Shown here: one piece after another, positions 35,553 to 43,555 of the stretch
Numbering within the stretch: the first letter of the stretch is position 1
How the letters are laid out: each line of letters starts with the position of its first letter
Assembly: GCA_016211215.1 (NCBI GenBank)
Contig: JACQSR010000028.1
Location: 11,423 to 75,422, forward strand
Length of the DNA stretch: 64,000 nt
Direction of reading: 5' to 3'
Source: Candidatus Woesearchaeota archaeon
Lineage (GTDB): Archaea; Nanobdellota; Nanobdellia; Woesearchaeales; JACQSR01
Notes under the pieces: generated by a model
Seen by the model: only the letters and a program-made list of their open reading frames with translations
The model's database searches: none
Told to the model about the DNA's origin: nothing
Made by a program: the position numbers and the translations under genes

Positions 35553-36524
35553 ATGGAGCAAAAGAGGGTATTTTTAGGTGTTCTTGTAATAGTCTCGCTG
35601 CTTATAATCGGCTGCAGCGGCTCTAAGGGAAACCAGCCAACTGCAGTTGAATTCAGGACCGGCTCCAGTGGCCTTGATGTAACCTTCCCGTCAGGAACGC
35701 CCCAGCAGATTTTTGAGAATGACATTGACGTCAGGATTCCGATTCAGGTGGAAAACAAAGGCGCATTCCCCCAGTTTGACGAGCTTTCCGAATTCACCGG
35801 CTTCCTGTGGGTTGGAGGCTATGACCCGAATATTCTGCAGGCATCTTTCGAGCAGGGCGACATAAGGAAGCAGCTCGACCCTGAAGAGCTCGAAGGCAGA
35901 AGCTCTTTCAACCAGCAGGGCGGCGTTGTATTGGAGTCCCTGATTTTAAGCGTTGGAGACCTTCCGTTGGGGACTGCAGTTTACGAGCCAACCCTTATCT
36001 TTTACCTTACCTATCTTTACAAATCAATTGCATCAGTTCCCGTATGCATAGACCCGGAGCCAAGAAGCATAAATGTAAAGGACAAGGTTTGCAGCCTTAC
36101 CGACTTCAGGAAAATATATTCAGTTGCGCCTCAGGGAGGTCCTGTTGGAATTACAAACGTCGAGGAGATTATTACCTCCAATCAGATTATCTTCAAGTTT
36201 GACCTCCAGAATTTCGGCACCGGCCAGGTTATTGCACGCGACCTTGTGTCATCAAACCCCAACGAGGGCTTTGACTGGCGAGACCTTAATCGTGTGCAGA
36301 TAGAGGATGTCCGCCTCGGCGACAGGTCCGTTGACAAGTGCAAGCCGGATTTGGGTGAGGAGGTCGAGCTTTTCCAGGGAATAGGGCATTTCCAGTGCAC
36401 CCTCTCTGTTGCCTCAATTGCGTCTGCCCAGGCTTACACCACACCCCTGACGGTAACGCTTACATATGGATACGCCCAATCCCAATTTAGAAATATTAAA
36501 ATACTAGAGGCAATCGAGATTTGA
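35553..36524 (+). CDS. lipobox protein, paralog 2 of 3
   Basis: ...VSLLIIGCSG has the lipobox I-I-G-C, and the SD is GGAAAGGGAG. Shared motifs are VCIDPEP, VCSL, GGPVGIT, QNFGTGQV and LTYGY. Confidence 0.7.
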   Translation: MEQKRVFLGVLVIVSLLIIGCSGSKGNQPTAVEFRTGSSGLDVTFPSGTPQQIFENDIDVRIPIQVENKGAFPQFDELSEFTGFLWVGGYDPNILQASFEQGDIRKQLDPEELEGRSSFNQQGGVVLESLILSVGDLPLGTAVYEPTLIFYLTYLYKSIASVPVCIDPEPRSINVKDKVCSLTDFRKIYSVAPQGGPVGITNVEEIITSNQIIFKFDLQNFGTGQVIARDLVSSNPNEGFDWRDLNRVQIEDVRLGDRSVDKCKPDLGEEVELFQGIGHFQCTLSVASIASAQAYTTPLTVTLTYGYAQSQFRNIKILEAIEI

Positions 36525-36540
36525 GAAAGGAGGGTTTCAC

Positions 36541-37488
36541 ATGACGAGAAAGGTAATAATTGCTTTATCGGTTATCATTATGCTTGCTGTTGTTGGGTGC
36601 GCCCAGAATACAACACCCGGAAGCAGCGCTTCTACACCATTCATCGGCGGCGTTATAGGCCTTGAAATGGGATTTGTCGAATCAGCCCCCCCAAAAGAGG
36701 TATTCGATGGCGGCGACTTCTCATTTGATACTGAAGTCAGGCTAAACAATGTAGGTGAGGCATTTGTCAAGAAAGAAGATGTCTTTGTAAAGATTTCCGG
36801 CATAGACCCTTCCGAGTTCAGCAAGACTGCCTCTCAGCTGGTAAAGAACCCGGATGACGACCTTGAGTCCACAAAGAAAGATGCGGACGGCGCAATAATA
36901 GAAGGCACCGAAACATTTGTTTCGTTCCCTGATTTCAACCACAAGAGCCAGCTCAGCGGAAACACTCCATTCACGTTCCGAGCAGATGTGTGCTACAAAT
37001 ACAAGACAATCGCAAATGCAAAGGCCTGCTACAAGGAAGACCTCCTCGACACAACTGACACAAACGTGTGCACTGTTAACGGGGACAAGACTGCCTATAA
37101 TTCAGGCGCGCCAGTAGCTATAACCTCTTTCAAGGAGCAGGCGAGCGGTAAGGACAAGGTTTCATTTGTATTCACCGTTGAGCACGTTGGAAGCGGGAAT
37201 GTTTTCAAGCTTAGCCAGAAATGCGACGACACCGTGCGCGCAAACGAGGACAGGGTTCTTGTAAAGATTGACACCGGTCTTCCAGGTCTTAGCTGCTCAG
37301 GGCTTTCAGACGGAAGCGATACATCCGGCTATGTCACCCTTCACAGCGGAAAAAGGGTAATCAGGTGCACCCAGACATTAAGCGAAAGTGACCGGACTGA
37401 TTTTGAGAAAGTGGTAATAATAGACCTTGATTATGATTACGAGGAGTTTATCGAGACCGGAGTCCTGGTAAAGCACGCAGGCAGCTGA
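36541..37488 (+). CDS. lipobox protein, paralog 3 of 3
   Basis: ...IMLAVVGCAQ has the lipobox V-V-G-C, and the SD is AAGGAGGG. Shared motifs are VCTV, GAPVAIT, EHVGSGNV and LDYDY. Confidence 0.7.
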   Translation: MTRKVIIALSVIIMLAVVGCAQNTTPGSSASTPFIGGVIGLEMGFVESAPPKEVFDGGDFSFDTEVRLNNVGEAFVKKEDVFVKISGIDPSEFSKTASQLVKNPDDDLESTKKDADGAIIEGTETFVSFPDFNHKSQLSGNTPFTFRADVCYKYKTIANAKACYKEDLLDTTDTNVCTVNGDKTAYNSGAPVAITSFKEQASGKDKVSFVFTVEHVGSGNVFKLSQKCDDTVRANEDRVLVKIDTGLPGLSCSGLSDGSDTSGYVTLHSGKRVIRCTQTLSESDRTDFEKVVIIDLDYDYEEFIETGVLVKHAGS

Positions 37489-38445
37489 TCATTTTCCGGA
37501 AGCCAACGCAAAGGAAGCCAGCAGCGCCTCCAGCTGTATAAACTCATCGCTCCCTTCAGTCATCCTGAACTCGGCTTCCCCCGTCTTTTCCATAAGCCCC
37601 ATCTTTGCCTTGTCAGGTATGTCCAGATTTAGTATTTCGCTTTGTATGTGCCGTATAATGTCAAGCCCTGAAAAGCCGTAGTTAAGCATTACATCGAGCA
37701 GCATTTTCCTTGCCCCTATGAAATCGTTTTTCACCGCAAGCTCAAGTATTTTCCTTATCTCCTTTGGCTTTGCTATTGATGCAACGGAAAACACCATCTC
37801 TTCTGTAATCTTGGAACCCATAGCCGCACAGCTCTGCATCAGGTTTTCAAGCCTTCTGACATCACCTTCCGAAGCCTCGCAAATTGCCGTTTTTGCATTC
37901 TCGTCAATCTTAAGGCCTTCATTTACGGCAATCTTGCCTATGATACCCATTATCTCTTCCCTTTCCAATGGTTTAAAGCGGAATATTGCGCATCTCGACT
38001 GTATCGGGTCCAATATTTTTGATGAGTAGTTGCAGCTGAGGATGAATCTGCATGTTTGAGTATAATTTTCCATTGTCCTGCGCAACGCCTGCTGGGCATC
38101 CCTTGTAAGCTGGTCGCATTCGTCCAAATAGATAATCTTGAACGGCACATCGCCTATCGCCCTTGTCCTTGCAAAATCCTTGACTTTCACCCTGATTACA
38201 TCAATCCCGCGCTCATCCGACGCATTCAGCTCCAGAAAATTCTGCTTCCATTCATCTCCAAAGAACGCGCGTGCAATCACCAGTGCAGTTGATGTCTTTC
38301 CGGTTCCCGCAGGCCCCGCAAAAAGCAGGTGAGGCATGTTCTTCTGCTCCACAAAAGCCCTTATCCTTGGAATGAGATGCCTCTGCCCAACAATATCATT
38401 GAAATCCCTTGGGCGGTACTTCTCTATCCATATCGATTCTGCCAT
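37489..38445 (-). CDS. rfcS: replication factor C small subunit
   Basis: WIEKYRPRDFNDIVGQ, Walker A GPAGTGKTS, DECD and SRC (SRCAIFRF) are present. Confidence 0.93.
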   Translation of the reverse strand: MAESIWIEKYRPRDFNDIVGQRHLIPRIRAFVEQKNMPHLLFAGPAGTGKTSTALVIARAFFGDEWKQNFLELNASDERGIDVIRVKVKDFARTRAIGDVPFKIIYLDECDQLTRDAQQALRRTMENYTQTCRFILSCNYSSKILDPIQSRCAIFRFKPLEREEIMGIIGKIAVNEGLKIDENAKTAICEASEGDVRRLENLMQSCAAMGSKITEEMVFSVASIAKPKEIRKILELAVKNDFIGARKMLLDVMLNYGFSGLDIIRHIQSEILNLDIPDKAKMGLMEKTGEAEFRMTEGSDEFIQLEALLASFALASGK

Positions 38446-38478
38446 GGAACTCGGGGAGATTTAATGGTTTAAATAGCT

Positions 38479-39294
38479 TTAGAGTGCCTCAAAATCCACG
38501 CACACCCTGAATATTCCCGGCCCATACTGCCCGCACTTGACGAAGTTAAGGATTTTGCACCCCCTCTTTGCTTCCGAGCACGCCTTTTTTACCTTCTCTT
38601 CAGCCAAATCAAATTCAGTTTCATGCAAAAAGTCATAGAAATGTATTATCCCTTTCTTTTTGGCGTATTTCAGCGCAACATTAAGGAAATCCTCTCCCCC
38701 TTTTGGCAACGGCATAACAACCCGGTCAAATTTCTTATTCAGCTTAACCTTCCTGACATCTCCTTTTATCAGCGTGATATTTTTTATTTTGTTTAATGCA
38801 ATATTTTCCAGCGCATATTTATGGGCAACTGGATTCAATTCTATTCCGAAAATCTCCTTTGGCTTTGCCAGCTTGGAAATAACTAAAGGATATGGCGCAA
38901 CCCCGGAAAACATTACCAGAACGCTTTCCCCTTTCCTTACCAGCCCTGCAACCCTTTGCCTTTCTGTGGACAATCTCGGCGAGAAATAGACCTTCCCAAC
39001 ATCCAGCTGAATGGTACAGCCGTTTTCCCTGTATGTTGCCTCCTTTGTCTTTTCCCCCGCAATGACAGTTAATTTCTGCGTCCTGTATTTTCCCCGGTGT
39101 ATGCCTGCCTTCTTGCATACAGTCTTGACTTCTTTCCTCAGCTGAAGTATTGCATTCCCGATTACTTTTTCCTTCTTTTTCAGCTCAGGCGGAATCTCCA
39201 TTATGGCTATGCTTCCGATTATGTCATAGGACGTCCTCAAATGCCTTATTTCTTTTTTCGTTAACTTGCCTTCCAGAGATTGTCTTAGGTCCAT
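38479..39294 (-). CDS. Trm5/Tyw2-family class I SAM-dependent tRNA methyltransferase
   Basis: SYDIIGSIAIMEIP, VYFSPRLSTERQRV, VLVMFSGVAPYPL and DRVVMPLP follow the Trm5/TYW2 pattern. ATG 39294 is preferred over TTG 39342. Confidence 0.75.
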   Translation of the reverse strand: MDLRQSLEGKLTKKEIRHLRTSYDIIGSIAIMEIPPELKKKEKVIGNAILQLRKEVKTVCKKAGIHRGKYRTQKLTVIAGEKTKEATYRENGCTIQLDVGKVYFSPRLSTERQRVAGLVRKGESVLVMFSGVAPYPLVISKLAKPKEIFGIELNPVAHKYALENIALNKIKNITLIKGDVRKVKLNKKFDRVVMPLPKGGEDFLNVALKYAKKKGIIHFYDFLHETEFDLAEEKVKKACSEAKRGCKILNFVKCGQYGPGIFRVCVDFEAL

Positions 39295-39338
39295 CCAACA
39301 AGTTGCATTAAATCCATTTAAATAGATTAGGGAGAATA

Positions 39339-39605
39339 TCAATGCTTTTTCGCAATATGCTCTTTGAAGTCGCCCGCCAAAGCCCTAAACTGATTTTTCA
39401 GATAGCCAAGATCCGATTGTACCCTTGTCAATGCGGTGTTCATCTGAAACTGAAAACCTACCATAACAACTATAAAACCGAAAACAAGGTCTTCGGTCGT
39501 CCACGAACCACCAAATATCTTAAGAATCACTTGGTAAAGTAGAAAGATTCCAAACAGGATTAGAAAGATTGTCAATGCATCTTGCAAAAATTTAGGAACA
39601 ATCAT
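39339..39605 (-). CDS. small membrane protein (unknown function)
   Basis: The 88-aa protein has two predicted hydrophobic helices. It is coupled by ATGA to an upstream micro-ORF. Confidence 0.5.
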   Translation of the reverse strand: MIVPKFLQDALTIFLILFGIFLLYQVILKIFGGSWTTEDLVFGFIVVMVGFQFQMNTALTRVQSDLGYLKNQFRALAGDFKEHIAKKH

Positions 39606-39691
39606 CCCCTCACCCTATTGACTATAAACAGCACTAGCAACGCTACAAACAATGCAAACATTACCCACATCAAAATCTTATCTTTGTTCAT
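39602..39691 (-). CDS. 29-aa single-TM micro-protein (not in ORF track)
   Basis: The sequence is MNKDKILMWVMFALFVALLVLFIVNRVRG. ATG 39691 lies about 25-30 nt downstream of the TATA-like GGTATAAATAGG on the minus strand. The stop overlaps the next gene's ATG as ATGA. Confidence 0.35.
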   Translation of the reverse strand: MNKDKILMWVMFALFVALLVLFIVNRVRG

Positions 39692-39774
39692 GAGGCAGCA
39701 GTAATAGCCGCCCCTATTTATACCTTTGTCCGGTTTTTCCGGAAGATTTACGGGACTATCAGATTTAAGGAATA

Positions 39775-40854
39775 CTAGATTCCTTTCCCCGTATTGACAA
39801 TAAGAATTTTATGCCTAGGATTTATTTTTCCTTCATCATATCTCTGGAGGTATAACGCAAGCCCCGCAGATGCTGATGGCTCAGTTGGAAAATGCCTGTC
39901 CATTAAAGAATACGCCTCTTTTATTCTTTCTTCAGCAACTTTGTAGACGCCTGTATTTTTTCCCGTAAATGAAAGTGCATCCATCGCCCTGATGTCCTGG
40001 TCATTATATACTGCAAATGGGTTATAGCGCTTTGTCAGCTTGTCTGCCGTGCTATCGTGTTTTTCCGGCTCAGCCCCAAAAATCGAAATTCCAATAACCC
40101 TTCCAGCAGAAACCCTTAATCTTGTGTCCTTTCTTCCGGCAACTTCGTTTCTGATTGTCCTCTCCTGCCATGTCAGGTAATTTTCTATTAGCCTGCCTGA
40201 GCCGTAAGGGATATAAATCTCGTCAGGATTTTCGTTAAACGCCTCATGGACATGCCAGTCATAAAACACTGCATGCGGTTCCAAAACCATAACGGAAGTG
40301 ATATCCACCCCATTTTCGTTGTTTGTTAAGGCCTTAATTTCTTTTGGGGAATAGGAAATGCTTAAATCAGCTACATAGATATCTGCATACAAATTCTTCA
40401 TCTTCTCCAGCCTTTCCTTCGGAATTGCTGCATCAACAAGCAGCTTCATAGGGGGCAAACCATACTTTCTGAACATTTCCGAAACTGATAACCCAACATT
40501 TCCTGCTGTGATTATGGAAAACCTTGGAACATCCATTGATTCAATGCACCTGTCCGCTGCCATCAGGTGCAAACCGCGGGCATAATCTCTGAAGATTGTT
40601 GCCAATTCCCATGCAGGCCTGTCTTTAATCGTCCCAGTCGGATTGCTTTTTTCGTCAGCTTCATTCTTCACAAACACTCTTCCGTAGCCGTCACGTCTTA
40701 AATCCCATTCAATATTTGGAGTTTCCCTCCATTCCGGATTTTTCGGGTCATTTTCGCTGAATACGGGAATTCCATCTGCAAATTTTTCCAGAAGTTCCTT
40801 TGTAATAAATTGAGGATATTGAGTTTCTTTGAAGATTATCCTGTCAAGCGACAT
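39775..40854 (-). CDS. fold-type II PLP-dependent enzyme (threonine synthase / Trp-synthase-beta superfamily)
   Basis: NPTGTIKDRPAW resembles the PLP-lysine motif NPTGSFKDR. The size and Gly-rich loops fit the family, but the specific activity is unknown. Confidence 0.65.
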   Translation of the reverse strand: MSLDRIIFKETQYPQFITKELLEKFADGIPVFSENDPKNPEWRETPNIEWDLRRDGYGRVFVKNEADEKSNPTGTIKDRPAWELATIFRDYARGLHLMAADRCIESMDVPRFSIITAGNVGLSVSEMFRKYGLPPMKLLVDAAIPKERLEKMKNLYADIYVADLSISYSPKEIKALTNNENGVDITSVMVLEPHAVFYDWHVHEAFNENPDEIYIPYGSGRLIENYLTWQERTIRNEVAGRKDTRLRVSAGRVIGISIFGAEPEKHDSTADKLTKRYNPFAVYNDQDIRAMDALSFTGKNTGVYKVAEERIKEAYSLMDRHFPTEPSASAGLALYLQRYDEGKINPRHKILIVNTGKGI

Positions 40855-40890
40855 TTTATCACTATATAGTAAACAACTATTTATAAATCT

Positions 40891-41925
40891 TTACAAAAAC
40901 TCCCCAAGCCCCTTCTGCTGCCTTTTTGTTTTTTCAACTTTTAAGTCCGAGAGAGTTTTTTCGACCCTTTCTTCCGAGAAGTCGTGTTTTTTGACAAGGA
41001 GCTCTTTCACAGCATCAATATCCGGCGATTTCCATTCCAGATTGTAGGATGATGTGACAGGCATCTTTTTTATGGTCTCAAAAACCTCCTGCCATGGAAA
41101 ATCAAAATAATCCTTCCATTTAACTTCCTCAAACAGCGCATTGAAATCCTTCTTATGCTTCTTCACAAGCTCCAATGCCTTTTTCGGGCCAATCCCCTTT
41201 ATGCCGCCGGGATTGTAATCTGTGCCTATCAGTATTCCCATTGCAATAAGCTGGCCTATGTCTATTCCCAGATGATTGAGGTTTTCTGCAAGGGATATCA
41301 TTTCGGGATTAACCTCCTGATAATGCAGCGTGTTTGCAACCTTCCTTCTGCCGCTTATGGACAGGTTTCTTACAAGCGTATTTGCGCCGTGCATGAGGCT
41401 GTCAAAATCCTGGCTTACAACCGCATAAGCGTCCCCTTTTCCCACTATATGCGCTGCCTGCGCCTCCCCTTCGGAAGGCGCCTGTATTACCGGCATGCCC
41501 ATCGCGGCAATCAGAGTTTTTGCGTCCCCAATCATCTCAGAAGTCAAAATGGATGTCCTTGCCGCGTATTTCTTCATCGCCTCGGCATCCTCTTTTTCAG
41601 CGGCCCTTTCGAACTCGCGCATCGCCTCTTTCTTCAGCTCCGCTCTCCTTTCACGCTCATGCCTTTTCAGCTCGGGGGGCTTTCCATCAAACACAAATGC
41701 AAGCTTCAGGCCGGATTTCATCAGGCTTGAAGACCTGGAAAACAATCCAACAAGATGCGATGTAACCTGGCCGCCTGAATCGGTAAGCAAACTGCCGTCC
41801 CTGCCCCTTATCGTGGTAATAAACTGGTACAGCAGGTTAAAAGTGTCAACAACAAGGACCTTTCCTTTCAAGTCCCCAATCTCAATTTCCTTGCACTTCA
41901 GAATCTCCTTTATTGCGAGGCCCAT
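40891..41925 (-). CDS. fen: flap endonuclease 1
   Basis: MGLAIKEIL...VVDTFNLLYQFITTIR...FVFDGKPPELK and a C-terminal PIP-like QKGLGEFL are present. Confidence 0.93.
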   Translation of the reverse strand: MGLAIKEILKCKEIEIGDLKGKVLVVDTFNLLYQFITTIRGRDGSLLTDSGGQVTSHLVGLFSRSSSLMKSGLKLAFVFDGKPPELKRHERERRAELKKEAMREFERAAEKEDAEAMKKYAARTSILTSEMIGDAKTLIAAMGMPVIQAPSEGEAQAAHIVGKGDAYAVVSQDFDSLMHGANTLVRNLSISGRRKVANTLHYQEVNPEMISLAENLNHLGIDIGQLIAMGILIGTDYNPGGIKGIGPKKALELVKKHKKDFNALFEEVKWKDYFDFPWQEVFETIKKMPVTSSYNLEWKSPDIDAVKELLVKKHDFSEERVEKTLSDLKVEKTKRQQKGLGEFL

Positions 41926-41926
41926 T

Positions 41927-42862
41927 TTAGATTTTCTTGAGCGTCATTGACTTAAACTCCTGCTCAAGCATCTCCTTTGCTTTCTTCGTCAGCTCCCCGT
42001 TTGTCAAAAAAAGAATTGGCATCTTCCTTGACTGCGATTGGATATACGCAGAGCTTAAATCGCCATCTGAAATCTTCTTCTTGTTTTTCACCTTGCAGAA
42101 ATACAGCAGATTTCCGACAGAAGACGGAAGCCTTACCACCATCTCAACTTCAGAGTCCTTTTTTAGGACATTTTTCTCCACAACTTCAATTTTGTTCTCT
42201 GAAATAAATCCCTCAAGAACAGAGGAAAACGATTCATCTCTTTTTTCCCCAATCTTTCCCCTTTCTTCCTTACGCTCAACCCTCTCTTCTGTTACTTTCC
42301 GCTCTATTTTCTCTGCCTTTGGTTTTCTTTCTTCTATCTCTTTCTTCTTCTCCTCAACCTTTTTTATTTCCTCTTTTTTTGGCTCAAGCACGGTCTGCTT
42401 CTCTTCTTTCTTTGGTTCAACTTTGCCCAATATCGCCTTAATCCTCTTTTCCGCATCCTCATTCGGCAGAAGATACCATTTCCAGAACAATTCTGATTTG
42501 TTGTCGTAATTCACCTGCAGGGGAACTGCAAAATCCTTAATCTCCCTTAAGGTATATCTCACCAGGGGCTCCTGGGCTGAATCCTGCAGCACCAAATGCT
42601 CTTTCAGGATATCATATGTCCTTTTCTCTTTTTCATTCAGGTTTGTTGCAAAGACCTGCAGCATTGCCTCCTGGCCCGGAATGTAATACAGCGGGGAAGA
42701 GCCGTGCTTTACTGATGAAACCTTCAGATGCCTTGACGCAACAAGCTCGGAAAGGTGCGCAGATGCTATCATGGTGTCTGTTCTTATCTCCTTTGCAACC
42801 TGTATGGGTATTACAGGTCCCTTCAGCCGTATTAAATCCAGAATTCTCTGCCTGTTGTCCAT
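41927..42862 (-). CDS. winged-helix protein with Lys/Glu-rich linker and C-terminal alpha/beta domain (unknown function)
   Basis: An N-terminal wHTH-like RILDLIRLKGPVIPIQVAKEI... is followed by a second WH-like segment and a KE-rich low-complexity linker. It abuts fen with a 1-nt gap. Confidence 0.55.
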   Translation of the reverse strand: MDNRQRILDLIRLKGPVIPIQVAKEIRTDTMIASAHLSELVASRHLKVSSVKHGSSPLYYIPGQEAMLQVFATNLNEKEKRTYDILKEHLVLQDSAQEPLVRYTLREIKDFAVPLQVNYDNKSELFWKWYLLPNEDAEKRIKAILGKVEPKKEEKQTVLEPKKEEIKKVEEKKKEIEERKPKAEKIERKVTEERVERKEERGKIGEKRDESFSSVLEGFISENKIEVVEKNVLKKDSEVEMVVRLPSSVGNLLYFCKVKNKKKISDGDLSSAYIQSQSRKMPILFLTNGELTKKAKEMLEQEFKSMTLKKI

Positions 42863-42938
42863 GCCCTAAGAAAGGAATAGTGGGTTTATAATTATTGCGG
42901 ATTAAACACACCAGTGCGCAATAAGGGGGTTGCCTTGC

Positions 42939-43187
42939 CTATTGCTCATCCTTATGGTACAAATCCAAAAAGATTACTTTATTCTCCGGTTTTAAGTACG
43001 CATAAGATATCCTGAATGGTTTGACGTAAACCTCCCGGGTGCCTTTTCTCGAATACCTCATTGGCTTGCCTGTTTCAGGTGATTCGATTATCTTTGCAAT
43101 TTGCTTCTTCACCCTTTCCCTGAGCCCATTATCCTTTATTTTTCCAATGTTCTTCAGGAAATCCGGGGGGTATACTACTTCTAGCAT
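42939..43187 (-). CDS. relE: RelE/ParE-family toxin
   Basis: The 82-aa protein contains ...KKQIAKIIESPETGKPMRYSRKGTREVYVKPFRISYAY...VIFLDLYHKDEQ. It overlaps the upstream antitoxin gene by 7 nt. Confidence 0.75.
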   Translation of the reverse strand: MLEVVYPPDFLKNIGKIKDNGLRERVKKQIAKIIESPETGKPMRYSRKGTREVYVKPFRISYAYLKPENKVIFLDLYHKDEQ

Positions 43188-43447
43188 TTAGAAAGCCTTT
43201 CAAGAAATTTGACGGCAGGCATAGATACGAATTCTCCTTTCTCGTAGCTTTTCCACGCATCCTCTGTTCTTTTCGCAAACTCAAAATCTTTTTCAAAATT
43301 CTTGTCCGCTTTGGTGGCCTTCTTTAGAATAATCTGGTCTTTGTTTTGTATTACGAGTATTTTATCCCCTTCATGCAAATCATCCCTCATTCCAGCAGGA
43401 ATAACCACCTGTCCCCTCGAACTCATCCTTGTTATTGCAACTTCCAT
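43181..43447 (-). CDS. AbrB/SpoVT-family antitoxin
   Basis: SSRGQVVIPAGMRDDLHEGDKILV is the AbrB swapped-hairpin motif. Confidence 0.75.
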   Translation of the reverse strand: MEVAITRMSSRGQVVIPAGMRDDLHEGDKILVIQNKDQIILKKATKADKNFEKDFEFAKRTEDAWKSYEKGEFVSMPAVKFLERLSKC

Positions 43448-43458
43448 AATATCACAAG

Positions 43459-43474
43459 ATAAGATTAATCTTAT
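43459..43474. promoter_or_regulatory. perfect 16-bp palindrome between TATA box and antitoxin start (candidate operator)
   Basis: ATAAGATTAATCTTAT lies 12 nt upstream of ATG 43447. The TATA-like TTTATATAC (minus-strand sense) sits at about 43478-43488. Confidence 0.45.
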
Positions 43475-43555
43475 TAGGTATATAAATGTTTCGGAAGCGA
43501 GTGTATAGGATGAAATCCCGCCAAATCACACTTGACAAAGAACTATGCGCAGACC

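Noticed and set aside
41155-41950. 191-aa and 151-aa plus-strand ORFs antisense to fen.
   Set aside because: FEN-1 on the minus strand is unambiguous. The plus-strand frames are Ser/Arg/Leu-rich artefacts.
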